DNA of 64,000 bases from assembly GCA_963727445.1 (NCBI GenBank), contig CAVSGI010000010.1, positions 160,001 to 224,000 of the forward strand, given 5' to 3'. Made by a program: the position numbers and the translations under genes. Of the stretch, positions 1 to 10,878 are shown piece by piece; positions within the stretch are counted from its first letter, which is position 1; the number at the start of each line of letters is the position of its first letter. Under the pieces are notes generated by a model, which did no database searches, was not told the DNA's origin, and saw nothing but the letters and a program-made list of their open reading frames with translations. Source of the DNA: an uncultured delta proteobacterium (GTDB lineage: Bacteria > Myxococcota_A > Polyangia > Polyangiales > B10-G4).

Positions 1-2234
1 GGTGTTCGGCGGCCGCGTGCACGAGCAGCTCCGCCGCCACCTTGGTCTCCGCGTAGCCACCATGAACGCGGGTGCTTTCGCGCGGCATCCGATCTTCGAA
101 GTGCTCCCCTTCGGCGTCGTCGGTGCTCACGAAGACCGAAAGCGTCGAGGCGTAGGTCACGCGTTTGGGCCGTCCCTCTGCGGCGAGGGCGAGGATGGAC
201 GCCGTCCCCTCCACGTTCGCCGGATGGAGGACCTCCCACGGTGCGGTCACGCTGACCCGGGCCGCGCCGTGCACCACGTGGTCGACCTCGGCGGCGAGCT
301 GGGCCCATCGAGATGGGTCGAGTCCGAGCTTTTCCCGGGTGAGATCGGCCGCGATCACCTCGATGCGATCGGCGGGCGCCCCGAGCGCCTCGAGGCTGCG
401 GCGCACCCGCGCGTCCGCCGGCTCTTCGCCGTCCCGCGCCAGGCAGATCAGACGCGCGGGGCACAGAGCGAGGAGACGCGCGACGATCCGCGCGCCGAGA
501 AAGCCCGTCGCTCCGGTGATCAAGATCGCACGGGGCGCGCCGTCACGGGGCGCGCCGCTCGGCGCGGGCAGGGCGCGCGCGAGCGCGGCCGCGCGCGCGC
601 CGAGCGCGGCCACCGTCGGGGCCTCCTCGGACGTGCGCGCTTCCATCCGAGTCGCCAGCGCCGCCAGGCTGCGCGCGCCGAGGAGCGCGCCCGCGTCGAG
701 CGGCAAGCCCATCGCCTCGGCCCGCGCCACCACCTCGAGGGCGTCGAGGGAGGTGCCGCCGAGATCCGAAAAGCGCGCGCCTGCGTCGAGGGCAGGGCGC
801 CCGAGGACGCGCGCACAGATCCCGGTCAGCGCCACGAGGAGCGGTGAGGCCGGCGGCGCCCCCGCGCGCAGGAGGGCGCGCCGGTCGAGCTTGTGATGCT
901 CCGTCTCGGGCAGGCGACCGCGCCGCGTGATGCGCGAAGGGACCATGTAGCTCGGAAGCGTCTCGGCCACCCACGCGCGGAGCTCGGCGTCGCGCGCTTC
1001 ACGTGCGAGCTCGACCCAGGCTTCGACGTCGGCCTCGAGCGTCACCGCCGCGCGCCGGACGGCGGGATGCGCTTCGAGGCGACGCTCGATCTCTTCGGGC
1101 GCGACGAGGTTGCCCCGAACCTTTCGCTGGCGATCGATGCGCCCCTCGAAGAGCCAGGTCCCATCGGCATCCCTGCGCACGCGATCGCCCGTTCGGAACC
1201 AGCGCTCTCCCGCGGCCACCACGAAGCGCGTTTTCGTGAGCGCCGGTGCGCCGCGATATCCGCGCGCCACCCCTGGCCCGCCGATGAGGAGCTCGCCGTC
1301 CTCGATGCGGTAGCGCGCGCCTCCGATGGGCGCGCCGATCGACGGTCGCGCCCACGCCTCGTCGCAGATCGCGACGCTGGTGCAGATCGTCGCCTCGGTG
1401 GGACCGTAGACGCTCACGAGGTGCACGCGCGAAGCGAAGCGACGCACCGCGGCCGGGTCCGCCACCTCGCCGCCGATCACGATCGTGCGAAGTGTCGCGG
1501 GCAATGGCGCGCAATCGAGATGGGGCAGGAGCGCGGGCGGCAGATCGACGTGGGTGATCTCGCGTCCGCGGAGCGTCGCGACCAGGGCGCGGGGATCGGC
1601 GAGGCGGAGCGCCGGTGCGACGACGAGGGTCGCTCCGGCGAGGAGCGCCGTGAAGACGTCGGACAAGGACGCATCGAAGCCAGGCGAGAGCACCCACAGG
1701 CAGCGACTGCTGGCGTCGATGCGGAAGGCGGCGATTCGATCGTCCAGGACCGGGAGCACGCCGTCGTGCGGGACCTCGACGCCCTTCGGCTCGCCGCTGG
1801 TGCCCGAGGTGAAGACGAGCCAGGCGAGGGGCGTCCCGGCCTCGGGCGCGCCGTCGCCCTCGGTCCCTGCCTCGAAAGCGATGCGCGGAAAGACCTCGGC
1901 CGAGCTCCACGTGAGGATTCTGCGCGGCGCCGCTTCGGGCGAGGTAATCCTCGGCGCGCGCGGCTGGGAGGGAAGGGTCGATGGGCACCGGAACGAAGCC
2001 ACCGATCCAGGCGCCGATCACCGCGGTGGCCCACTCCGCCGAGCGAGGGAGGTGAAGCGCGACGGTCTGGCCCTCCTTCATCCCGCGCGCGCGAAGCGCC
2101 GAGGCCAGCGCGTCGGCGGCGGCGAGGAGCGCCTCGTAACTCACCACGTCATGGCCGCTGTGAACGGCGATCGCGTCGCCCTGGAGGGCCGCGACCTCGC
2201 GCAAGCGCTGGACGACGGGCGGGGCCGGTCTCAC
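1..2234 (-). CDS. NRPS-like A-T-R protein (adenylation, carrier, thioester reductase); 3' end runs off the window; frameshift near 1918
   Basis: ORF 999..2234 gives the A-domain N-terminus. After a one-base shift the minus strand reads LAWLVFTSGTSGEPKGV (A3), FDASLSD (A4), VYGPTEATIC (A5), GELLIGGPGVARGY, FRTGD, carrier motif DLGGTSL (~750), and reductase motifs ILITGATGFLG (~510), VVHGAA, YASTLSVF and GYAETK. Confidence 0.9.
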
Positions 2235-3077
2235 CCGTCCTCCTCCGGCATCACGTAGTCATCGAGGGCCGACCCCGTCGAGCGGTTGTCGACGTTGGGC
2301 GCACCGCGGCGAGCGCGCACGTCGTCGAGGTGCACGACGCGGAAGTCCAGGCTGAAGCGCGTCGTGTCCTCGGTCTGCGGGCGCGTGGCGTGAAAATGCG
2401 CGCCGCTGAAGAGGAGGTTCTCCGCGCGCTTGCAGGAAAAGCCCACCGCCGCGCCCGGGTCGACCTCGCCTTTGACGCCGGGGTAGCGGGCGGTGAGCCC
2501 GTGGTCGCGATTCTGCCAGCCGATTCTTGAGATCCCATCCCTCCTTCACCCACCGGTCGTAGTCGAAGATCTCGGAGTCGTTCGGCACCGCCTCCTCGAA
2601 GCGCTCCGGGTAGAAGAGGAAGGTCTGCTCCTCCGGAAGGTCGTCCAGGGGGATCCACCAGGTAACGATGGACTGCGAGTGGCCGTACCAGGTGTCGCGG
2701 TGTGGGTAGTACACGGCCTTGGCCCGCGGATTGTGGTGGCCCCGATGCGTCACGACCCGGAGGCGCAAGGGATCGAAGGCGGAGCGATCGGGCGCGTACC
2801 CGTAGGCGGCGATCACCGCGCGGGCGAGGCGGTGGAAGCGCTCTTCGAGGAAGAGGATCCGGCGGATTCGCCCCACGTGCTCGAAGAGGGTCACGTCGTC
2901 GAAGCGCTCGTGGGCGCGGCGGGGCGCGTCGCCCAGATGCTCCCGCACCACCTCGTCCACCGCGTCGGCGAGGGCGACGGAGGCGTCGGTCGGCGCGAGC
3001 TGGAAGATCTCCCCGCGGTAGAGCGCCCCGCGCAGCGCGTCGGCGTCAGCCGGGGCCTGTTTGGAGAAGGTGCTCAT
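2231..3077 (-). CDS. PhyH-like Fe(II)/2-oxoglutarate dioxygenase (frameshift near 2528)
   Basis: PHRDTWY (HxD) followed by VTWWIPL. The second frame gives LLFSGAHFHAT (distal His) and TRFSLDFR (2OG-binding Arg). 4-nt overlaps with both neighbours. Confidence 0.75.
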
Positions 3078-3850
3078 GCGCGTACCTTCGGCTTCTCCGC
3101 GATCACGATGCAGCGAGGGCTCTCGAGCGTGAGCGCTTCGCCGTTCACGCTGCCGACGAAGCGAAGGCGACCGAAACCCACGCTCTCGAGGAGACGGCCG
3201 AGCTCGGGCGGCGTGTAGGCACGCACCTGGCTCTCGTGCTCGACCTCGCGCCCGTCCGCGAGCGCGTAGCGCCACACCTTGTGCATCACCCCAGCCGTCG
3301 CGTCGTAGCGGCTCCTGCGGGTCAGCCGAATCGGACCGAGGGCGGTATCGCGCTCGGTGACCACCTCGGGCAGGAAGCGGTGAAGGACGCCCGGAACGTT
3401 CATGGTGTCGAGGGCGAAGCGGCCTCCCGGAACGAGCGCCTCGAAGGCCCGCGCCAGCATGCGGGTGTTGTCCTCGTCGGCGCTGGCGTAGCCGAAGCTC
3501 GTCCACCAGTTGATCGCCCCATGGACCGGGCGCTCGGGGAGGAAGGTGAAAGCGTCGCCCGCCACGAGGCGTACCGAGAGCCCCTCGTCATCCGCGACGC
3601 GCTGCCCCCGGGCCGCGTATCCCTCGCCCAGATCCACGCCCACCACCTCGAAGCCCGCGCGCCCGAGCGGCACGGCGAGACTCCCGATCCCGCAGCATTG
3701 ATCGAAGATCCGATCCCCGGGCGAGACGTCGAGGGCGCCCGCGACGAAGCGCAGGGTCGCCTCCACCTCTGCGTCGTCCTTTCGTACCAGCAGCACCTCC
3801 GCCAACAGATCGTCGTAGAGGTCGTGCCACCAATCCTTCGCGTCGTTCAT
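3074..3850 (-). CDS. Class I SAM-dependent methyltransferase
   Basis: IFDQCCGIG motif I, VVGVD, WWTSFGY, LVPGGRFALD. Confidence 0.9.
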   Translation of the reverse strand: MNDAKDWWHDLYDDLLAEVLLVRKDDAEVEATLRFVAGALDVSPGDRIFDQCCGIGSLAVPLGRAGFEVVGVDLGEGYAARGQRVADDEGLSVRLVAGDAFTFLPERPVHGAINWWTSFGYASADEDNTRMLARAFEALVPGGRFALDTMNVPGVLHRFLPEVVTERDTALGPIRLTRRSRYDATAGVMHKVWRYALADGREVEHESQVRAYTPPELGRLLESVGFGRLRFVGSVNGEALTLESPRCIVIAEKPKVRA

Positions 3851-3858
3851 CGATGATC

Positions 3859-5789
3859 CTAAAGGGCAAAACGCGTGGCGAGGAGGCACGCGGTCAAGAG
3901 CAGAAAGAGAACGGGCTCGGCGCCTTTGCGTTCGCGCTCCGGTGCTCGGTCCAGCGCGTCGAGGAAGGCCGCGACCTTCTCTCGCTCGACGAAGGGGACG
4001 TCTTCGATGGCGGCGCTTCGGAGCACGTCGTGCACGAGGGCGCGACCTCGAGGTGTGGCGTGAAGCGTGAGCGGAGGTGCGAGGAAGGGGTGCTTTTCGC
4101 GCAGGCGCGTCTCTTCGGGGACCAGCCCGCGCGCGACCTCGCGCAGGGCGTGCTTCTCCACGCCGTTTCGGATCTTGGCGCCGATCGGCAGGTCCAGGGC
4201 GGCGCGGGCCAGGTGGTGATCGAGAAAGGGCGGCCGGCCTTCGATCGACGAGGCCATCTCGGTGGCGTCGCCGAGGGTCCTGAGGATGTAGCCGGCGAGG
4301 GCGAGCCGGGTCCAGAGGTAGGCGCTCTGGGCGACGGGGTGGCGGCCTTCGAGCTGACCCGCGACGTCGAGGGAACCGAGCAGCGCCCCGAGGCGCGCGC
4401 GCGCGATCTCTTCGGAGCCGCCCGCCGGGGACAAGAGCGATCGGAGCCGACGGCCGAAGTCGACCTTGGCCCGCAGGAAGGCGGGCACGGCGCCGAGGCG
4501 AGCGGCGAAGGGAGCGAGGAGCGGATCGGCGCCGCCGGCCGCCCCGGCGTGCGGGAGCATCACCCCGCGCGACGCCCCGTGACCCGCCCGCAGGCGCTGG
4601 CGAACGGCGACGCGCGCGGCTTCGGGGAGCGTCGCTTCGAGGTCGGCGAGCAGATGCGAATAGCCGTAGAAGAGCTCGTCCGCGCCTTCCCCGGTGAGCA
4701 CCACCGAAAAGCCCGCCTCCCGGATGGCGCGTGACAGAAGCAGCTTGGCCGGGAGCTGGCCGTTGATGGCCAGCCCCTCGCCGTGCGCGACGGCGTCGGG
4801 GAGGGCGTCTACCAGATCGTCCTGCGTCACCTCCACCGGGTGGTGGATCGCGCCGATGTGGTCGGCCGCGCGGAGGGCGGCGTCGCGTTCGTCGTAGGGC
4901 GGGTGCGCGAAGGCGACGCCGAAGGTGTGGATGGGCGCGTCCAGATGGCGGGCGGCGATGGCGCTCACCAGGCTCGAGTCGAGGCCGCCGCTCAGGGCGA
5001 AGGCCACGGGGACATCGGCGCGAAGGCGCACGCGCACCGCCTGGGGAGGGCGTCGACCGCGGCGCGGAGCGCGCCCGGGTCGTGCGCCTCGCCGCGCTCC
5101 TCCTCCGCGCGGAGCGGGAGGTCGAGATCCCAGTAGCGCTCGAGGCGCGGCGAGGCGCCGCGCTCCGCGATCAGCAGGTGGCCAGCCGGAACCTGCCGGA
5201 GGCCCGCGAAGAACGTGCAATCGGCGGGGAGGTATTGATGCGTACACGCCGAAAGGAACGCCTCGCTGTCCCACGCCGCGGGCACGCCCATGGCGAAGAG
5301 GGCCTTGGCCTCCGACGCGAGGAAGAGGCCGCGCGCGCTCTCTGCGTAGACGAGCGGCTTGATGCCGAAGCGATCCCGACCCGCGACCAGCCGCTGCCTC
5401 GGTTCGTCGAAGAGTACGAAAGCGAGCTCGCCTCGCAGCGCGTTCACGAAGTCGAGGCCGCGCTCCTCGTACAGATGCACCAGGACCTCGCTGTCGGATC
5501 CGGTGGCGAAGCGATGGCCCTGCTTCTCGAGCGCGCGGCGGAGGGCGGCGTAGCCGTAGATCTCGCCGTTGATTACGGCGTGTACCTTTCCGTCCTCGCT
5601 CGCGAGAGGCTGGCGTCCGTCGTCGGGGGCGATGATGGCGAGCCGGGTGTGACCGAGCCACAGCGCGCCGTCGTGCGTCGTCCACTCACCCTCACCGTCC
5701 GGGCCGCGGTGCGCGAGCGCTTGCAGCGTGTGGCGGCGTTCCTCGATGGACAGCGGCGCGCGGGTCCACGCTGCCGCCACCCCGCACAT
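3859..5789 (-). CDS. asnB: Asparagine synthase (glutamine-hydrolysing)-like amidotransferase (frameshift near 5045)
   Basis: N-terminal MCGV, HRGPDG, HTRLAII, NGEIY, RDRFGIKPL. The second frame gives LSGGLDSS, VVLTGEGADELFYGY and SIEGRPPFLD. Confidence 0.92.
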
Positions 5790-6727
5790 CAGGCGACCCC
5801 TTCAGGCCGGAGGAAGATCTTCTTCGACTCGTCCACTCGGGCGGCCGCGAAGGCTGCTTCGTAGTCGGCGAGCGGGTAGGAGGGGCCGACGAAATCGTCG
5901 AGGCCGAGGGAACCGCTCGCGATCATCGTTAGGGCGGCCGCCATGTCTCCGTAGGCGACGGCGCGGATGGTGATCTCCCGGGCCACCGCGCGCCGGAAGT
6001 CGAAGGGCACCTTGTCGGCGGGCCGGCTCTTGAGAACCAGCACGCCACCGGGGCGGAGCGCGTCGAGCGCGGCGTCGATGGCGTGCTCCGTCGGCGCCGT
6101 CTCGATCACGAAATCGACAGAGCAGGAGGCGAGGACATCCCGCTCTGGGTCGCGGATGGGCGCGTCGATGCCACGGGAGGCCAGAACTCGCCGCGTGAGC
6201 TCGGCGATCCGACCCGCGCCGAGGATCACACCCTTCGCGCCCTCCTTCAGCTCCGCGTCGAGCACCGCGAGGGAGGCGGCGACGGGCTCGGCATAGGCGC
6301 CGTGGGCGAAGGAGACGGAGTCGGGGAGCCGGTAGACTGCGCGCTGGGGCACGACCAGCCTGTCGGCAAAGGCGCCCTGGCGGTCGATGCCCAGCATCAC
6401 GCTCCGCTCGCATCGCCAGGGCGGCGCGCCTCGACCGCAGCTGGGACATCGGGCGCAGCCGACGATCGGAAAGACAGTCACGCGCTCGCCCGGCCGAAAG
6501 CGCGTCACCTTCGCGCCGACCCCCGTCACCCGCCCGGCGAGCTCGTGACCGAGCACGCGCCCCGAGGCGGTACGGATGCGGCCGGCGGCGGCGTGGAGAT
6601 CCGTCCGGCAGATGCCGGCCAAGACGACGGCGATCTCCACGTCGCCCGCCTCCGTCATCGACACGAAGGGCGCAAGGCGAAGCGCCCCATCCCCCGTCGT
6701 CATCAGCCCCCTTCTGCTAGGTGTCAT
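5789..6727 (-). CDS. Zinc-dependent (MDR family) alcohol dehydrogenase
   Basis: GICRTDLH, LGHELAG, structural Zn CxxCxxC...C, AEPVA, GAGRI. Start at 6727 or 6703. TGATG overlap with asnB. Confidence 0.9.
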   Translation of the reverse strand: MTPSRRGLMTTGDGALRLAPFVSMTEAGDVEIAVVLAGICRTDLHAAAGRIRTASGRVLGHELAGRVTGVGAKVTRFRPGERVTVFPIVGCARCPSCGRGAPPWRCERSVMLGIDRQGAFADRLVVPQRAVYRLPDSVSFAHGAYAEPVAASLAVLDAELKEGAKGVILGAGRIAELTRRVLASRGIDAPIRDPERDVLASCSVDFVIETAPTEHAIDAALDALRPGGVLVLKSRPADKVPFDFRRAVAREITIRAVAYGDMAAALTMIASGSLGLDDFVGPSYPLADYEAAFAAARVDESKKIFLRPEGVA

Positions 6728-6765
6728 TTGTACACTAAGCTGGGCCGGGATGCCGGCGCTGTCAA
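6718..6765 (-). promoter_or_regulatory. Sigma70-type promoter with overlapping 21-bp palindromic operator
   Basis: Minus-strand TTGACA (6760-6765), 17-nt spacer, weak -10 CAGCTT (6737-6742). Palindrome TAGGTGTCATTTGTACACTAA at 6718-6738. Confidence 0.6.
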
Positions 6766-6784
6766 CCCCCACTGTCTCACCCCC

Positions 6785-7435
6785 TCAGACTTCCAGGTCG
6801 AGACCCACGGGGCAGGACAGTCCCGTTCCCCCGAGCCCGCAATAGCCGTTCGGATTCTTCGCGAGGTACTGCTGGTGGTAGGCCTCGGCGAAGTAGAAGG
6901 GACCGGCGTCCACGATCTCGGTGGTGATCTCGCCGTAGCCCGCGTTCGTGAGGACTTCCTGATAGGCCTTCTTCGAGGCCTCGGCCGCCTTGCGTTGCGC
7001 CTCGTCGTGGACGTAGATGCCGGAGCGGTACTGGGTCCCCCGGTCGTTGCCCTGTCGCATGCCCTGGGTGGGATCGTGATTCTCCCAGAAGACCGCGAGG
7101 AGCTCTTCGAAGCTGATGACCTTCGGGTCGTAGACCACGCGCACCACCTCGTTGTGGCCGGTCATGCCGGAGCACACCTCTTCGTAGGTGGGGTTCTTGG
7201 TGTGGCCCGCGCTGTAGCCCGCGGCGGTGCTGATCACGCCTTCGGTCTGCCAGAACTTCCGCTCGGCACCCCAGAAGCACCCGAGACCGAAGACGGCCAC
7301 CTCGGCCCCTTCGGGGACGTCGACGAGCGAGGCGCCGTTCACGAAGTGCTCGCTCGGCACGGGCATCGCGTCGTCACGGCCGGGGAGGGCCTCGCCGGCG
7401 CTGGGCATCTTCATCTTCTTATCGAGGGAGAACAT
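6785..7435 (-). CDS. msrA: Peptide methionine sulfoxide reductase A
   Basis: [39 protein letters not shown]. Confidence 0.97.
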   Translation of the reverse strand: MFSLDKKMKMPSAGEALPGRDDAMPVPSEHFVNGASLVDVPEGAEVAVFGLGCFWGAERKFWQTEGVISTAAGYSAGHTKNPTYEEVCSGMTGHNEVVRVVYDPKVISFEELLAVFWENHDPTQGMRQGNDRGTQYRSGIYVHDEAQRKAAEASKKAYQEVLTNAGYGEITTEIVDAGPFYFAEAYHQQYLAKNPNGYCGLGGTGLSCPVGLDLEV

Positions 7436-7473
7436 GTCGGGTCCTTTTGAGCTGTGGCGAAGGCTCGGTTCCG

Positions 7474-8943
7474 TCAAGCGCTCGCTTCACCGAAGGCCTT
7501 CCGCGTCAGCTCTGCCGCGGCCTCGGGAGTGGCGAAGCTGACGCCCACCGCGGCGACGACGCCCGCGAGGAGCGCCCAGAATACCGGCAGGAAACCCGCG
7601 AGCGGAAGGACCCCCATGACGCCCAGGCCGTAGACCAGATTCCCCACCAGGATCGAGGCCGCCGCGCCCCCAGCGGTGAAGCGGCGCCAGCGGACGCCGA
7701 GAAAGAGGGTGGGGACCAGGGTGACGTATCCGGAGAACGCGATCCGCGCGATGCCGAAGACGGTGTCTCCCCAGGCCAGGGACAGGAGGTAGACGGTGGC
7801 GGCGACCACTAGACCGAAGATCCGCCCCACGCGCACGTCGCGGCCGGCGACGTCCGTGGGCCAGAGCTGGTCGAGGACGTCGCGGGTGAGCATCGAGCCG
7901 AGGGTGAGGATCTGCGCGTCGAGGGTCGACATCACGGCCGCGAGCACCGCCAAGAAACCGAAGGCCGCGAGCCAGGGTGGCAGGTGTCCGGTGATCATCT
8001 TCGCGAAGATGCTGTCGACGCTCGGCCCTTCGAGACCGGGATAGGCCGCCGCGCCCCAGAAGCCGATCATCACCACCGGCAGCCAGAGGAGGATCAGCGC
8101 GATGGGATAGATGCGCGACGCGCCCACCAGCGCGCGTTCGCTCTTGCCCGCCATGAGCCGCACCAGCATGTGCGGGAAGGCGATCACCGTCAGCGTGATC
8201 GCCAGGCCCCAGCTGGTCCACGCGCGCGGCTCGAAGAGCCCCACGCGATCGATGCGGACCAGGGAGGGGTCCTGCTCCAGCACCGCCTGACTCGCTGCAT
8301 CGAAGCCACCGAGGTCCGCGGGGATCAGGAAGAAAGCGATGAGAACGAAGAGCAGGAAGATCAGTCCCTGTACGACGTTGGTCCATGCGGTCGCGCGCAT
8401 TCCACCGAGGGTGGTGTAGACGAGCGCGACCACGGTGACCGCGGCGGCGCCGGCCCAGTCCGGGATCGCGCCCGCGCTCACGCCGGACAGGGTGATGGTC
8501 GCGCCTTTCACGGCGGTGACCATGTAGGGGAGCGTGTAGAGCGTGAAGAAGGCGAAGAGCAGATAGCCCACCTTCGGCGAGCCGAAGCGCCGGGCGTAGA
8601 GCTCGGCGGGCGTGAGCGCGCCGATGCGCGCCGCCATGCGCCGCGCGGGCGAGCCGATCGCCCAGAAGGTGAGCGGGATGCCGAGGGCGATGATCGGGGC
8701 ATTGACGCCGAAGGTCCCGATGCCGTCGCCGTAGGCCTTGGCCGGGATGCCCACCAGCACGAAGGCGGTGGCGTTGGTGCCGAAGAGCGCCATGAAGAGC
8801 ACCAACGTCCCGAGGCCGCGCCCCGCGAGGAAGTACTCCTCGGGTGAGGCCGCCGACTTGCGGGTGGCGGCCGCGCCGACGCCGATCACGACGACCACGT
8901 AGATCGCGCTCACCACCAAGAGCGGCGTCAGGACCTCATTCAT
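7474..8943 (-). CDS. Sodium:solute symporter family permease
   Basis: [28 protein letters not shown], about 13 hydrophobic segments. Confidence 0.92.
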   Translation of the reverse strand: MNEVLTPLLVVSAIYVVVVIGVGAAATRKSAASPEEYFLAGRGLGTLVLFMALFGTNATAFVLVGIPAKAYGDGIGTFGVNAPIIALGIPLTFWAIGSPARRMAARIGALTPAELYARRFGSPKVGYLLFAFFTLYTLPYMVTAVKGATITLSGVSAGAIPDWAGAAAVTVVALVYTTLGGMRATAWTNVVQGLIFLLFVLIAFFLIPADLGGFDAASQAVLEQDPSLVRIDRVGLFEPRAWTSWGLAITLTVIAFPHMLVRLMAGKSERALVGASRIYPIALILLWLPVVMIGFWGAAAYPGLEGPSVDSIFAKMITGHLPPWLAAFGFLAVLAAVMSTLDAQILTLGSMLTRDVLDQLWPTDVAGRDVRVGRIFGLVVAATVYLLSLAWGDTVFGIARIAFSGYVTLVPTLFLGVRWRRFTAGGAAASILVGNLVYGLGVMGVLPLAGFLPVFWALLAGVVAAVGVSFATPEAAAELTRKAFGEASA

Positions 8944-9145
8944 CCTCGCGTGTCTCCCAGATCGCGCGGGTGAACCAGAAGAGGTAGACGGCGGCGAGGA
9001 TCATCCAGAGCAGGCGATAGGCGAGGTCCTCGGGCATCCAGCCAAGGACCAGGCGCGCCTCTTGTGGGCGGAAGAAGTCGTGATGCAGACCCATCAGCAG
9101 CCCGAATCCCAGCCACGCGAGCCAGCGTTTCGTTCGGCGGGTCAT
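8936..9145 (-). CDS. Small membrane protein accompanying the SSS permease (DUF3311-like)
   Basis: 69 aa, two TM segments, LHHDFF...LGWMP, overlaps the permease start. Confidence 0.7.
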   Translation of the reverse strand: MTRRTKRWLAWLGFGLLMGLHHDFFRPQEARLVLGWMPEDLAYRLLWMILAAVYLFWFTRAIWETREDE

Positions 9146-9164
9146 GCGGGCGAGCCCACGAAGC

Positions 9165-10790
9165 TCAGCCCCAGGGCAGGGGATAGGCGAAGCGCGCGTA
9201 CGGGCGGCGGGGCTTCTGCTGCAGCTCGAGCTCCGAAAGAAGGAGCGCCGGGCTCACCGTGGTCACCGGGACGTCGCCCGACTCGGCGCCGCAGAAGGCG
9301 TTGTCGACGTGGCGCCGCCTGCCTGCGGCGAGGATGCCGCGCACCGCGTTGAGCGGTGTGCCGACGAAGTCGACGCCGCGCACCAGCTCCTCGCGGCCGT
9401 CCGGATAGACACGCGATGCGAGGTCGATCTGGCCGAGGAAGGCTTGGAAGTTGTAGCTGTCGGTGGCGGTCTCGCCGCCCGAGGCGTCGAGGATGCGGAT
9501 CCCGTAGGGCACCTGCTGCGCCTCGATCTCGGCGAGGAAGGCGCGCCGGAGCTCGGCGTCCGACAGGCCGTCGCGGGACTCGAGGACGGTCACGCCCATC
9601 CGGCTCATCGCCCGCGCGTGATAGCGGCTGCGACCGTGTCCGTTGCTGCGGTGCCTCTTGCCGATAGGAGAGCGCGAGGTGAGGAAGCCGACGAGCTCGC
9701 CGTCCTCGACAAGCGTCGCGCGCTGTGCCTCGACGCCTTCGTCGTCGAACGCGTACCGACCGGCGAGGGAGCGCCCGTCGATCCGCTCGACGGAGGGGTC
9801 GTCCCAGACGTCGAAGCCCTCGGGGAGGATGGCTTCGCCCTTCGAATCGCGGAAGGTCTGTCCTTCGCCGGGGCTCAAGAGGCGGTTGCCTTCGAGGCGG
9901 TGGCCGATCGCTTCGTGGACCAACAGGCCCGCGGGACGCGGCGACAGGAGCACCGGCCCGCTGTACGCGCTGATGGGGGGCGCAGCGGCGAGCTTCGCCA
10001 TCTGGTCGTGCATCTGGCGCACGATGCGCTTGCCTTCGCGCAGGTCGGGGAGCTCGGCGGGATCGGTGACGAAGAAGCTCTGCGCGCGAGGATGCGACTC
10101 TCCGTCGTCAGACAGGTACCAGAGGTAGATCTCGAGGGTCCAGAAGGGGATCCCCTCCACCAGGAGCGAGCCCTCGGAGCTCACGAAGGTGCGCGTCTGA
10201 TTTCGCGCCGTGAGCTTCACCGAGCCGTTCTTGACGTTCGGGTACTTCTTCATCTCGCGCGAGGTATCGAGGACGAACTTTCGCCACGCGTCCAGGTCGA
10301 CCTCGGGGAGCTCTCGGTAGTGGATCTTCTTGCGCCCGGAGCGCTTCTCGAAGCTCTTGAGCCCTTCGTTCGGGTTCTTGTAGGTGAGCTCGACGCTCTT
10401 GCGCTGGAGGTACTGGTCGAGGGCTTCGCGGTAGCGCGCCTCGGTCAGGCGCCACAGCGCGTGCTTCAGGCCGTCGGAGGAGCCGCCGATGGGCATCTCC
10501 ACGTAGCCATAGGACTCGGTCTCCCGGCGGTTGTCGTGCAGGCCGCCCTCCTGAACCTGGTCGTAGCCGTAGCTGCCGACCCGGACGTCCGCCAGGCAGT
10601 TGCGGCGCTTCTGATGGGACTCCTCGAAGAGCGCGCCGAAGCGGCCGTCGAGGATCCACAGCTCTTCGTCGCGGAGGAGATAGCTGAGGTAGTGGGCGCG
10701 TGGGTGCCCCGGATAGCGCATCCGCTTCCGGGCGCGCGCCAGCTCGGCTTCGAGGTCGCGTGCGGCGCGCGTGATGTCTGCTCGGCTCAA
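9165..10790 (-). CDS. tldD: TldD/PmbA family metalloprotease (TldD-type)
   Basis: [13 protein letters not shown] metal motif, [15 protein letters not shown]-terminal FCGAESG..PV. TTG start inferred. Confidence 0.88.
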   Translation of the reverse strand: MSRADITRAARDLEAELARARKRMRYPGHPRAHYLSYLLRDEELWILDGRFGALFEESHQKRRNCLADVRVGSYGYDQVQEGGLHDNRRETESYGYVEMPIGGSSDGLKHALWRLTEARYREALDQYLQRKSVELTYKNPNEGLKSFEKRSGRKKIHYRELPEVDLDAWRKFVLDTSREMKKYPNVKNGSVKLTARNQTRTFVSSEGSLLVEGIPFWTLEIYLWYLSDDGESHPRAQSFFVTDPAELPDLREGKRIVRQMHDQMAKLAAAPPISAYSGPVLLSPRPAGLLVHEAIGHRLEGNRLLSPGEGQTFRDSKGEAILPEGFDVWDDPSVERIDGRSLAGRYAFDDEGVEAQRATLVEDGELVGFLTSRSPIGKRHRSNGHGRSRYHARAMSRMGVTVLESRDGLSDAELRRAFLAEIEAQQVPYGIRILDASGGETATDSYNFQAFLGQIDLASRVYPDGREELVRGVDFVGTPLNAVRGILAAGRRRHVDNAFCGAESGDVPVTTVSPALLLSELELQQKPRRPYARFAYPLPWG

Positions 10791-10878
10791 AAGAAGGACC
10801 TCGGCTTCGAAGGGGGGCGGAGTATACGCGGCGCCGCCCACTCGACAACCGGCCTCTGTGGCCACAGCTTCCTTCGGG

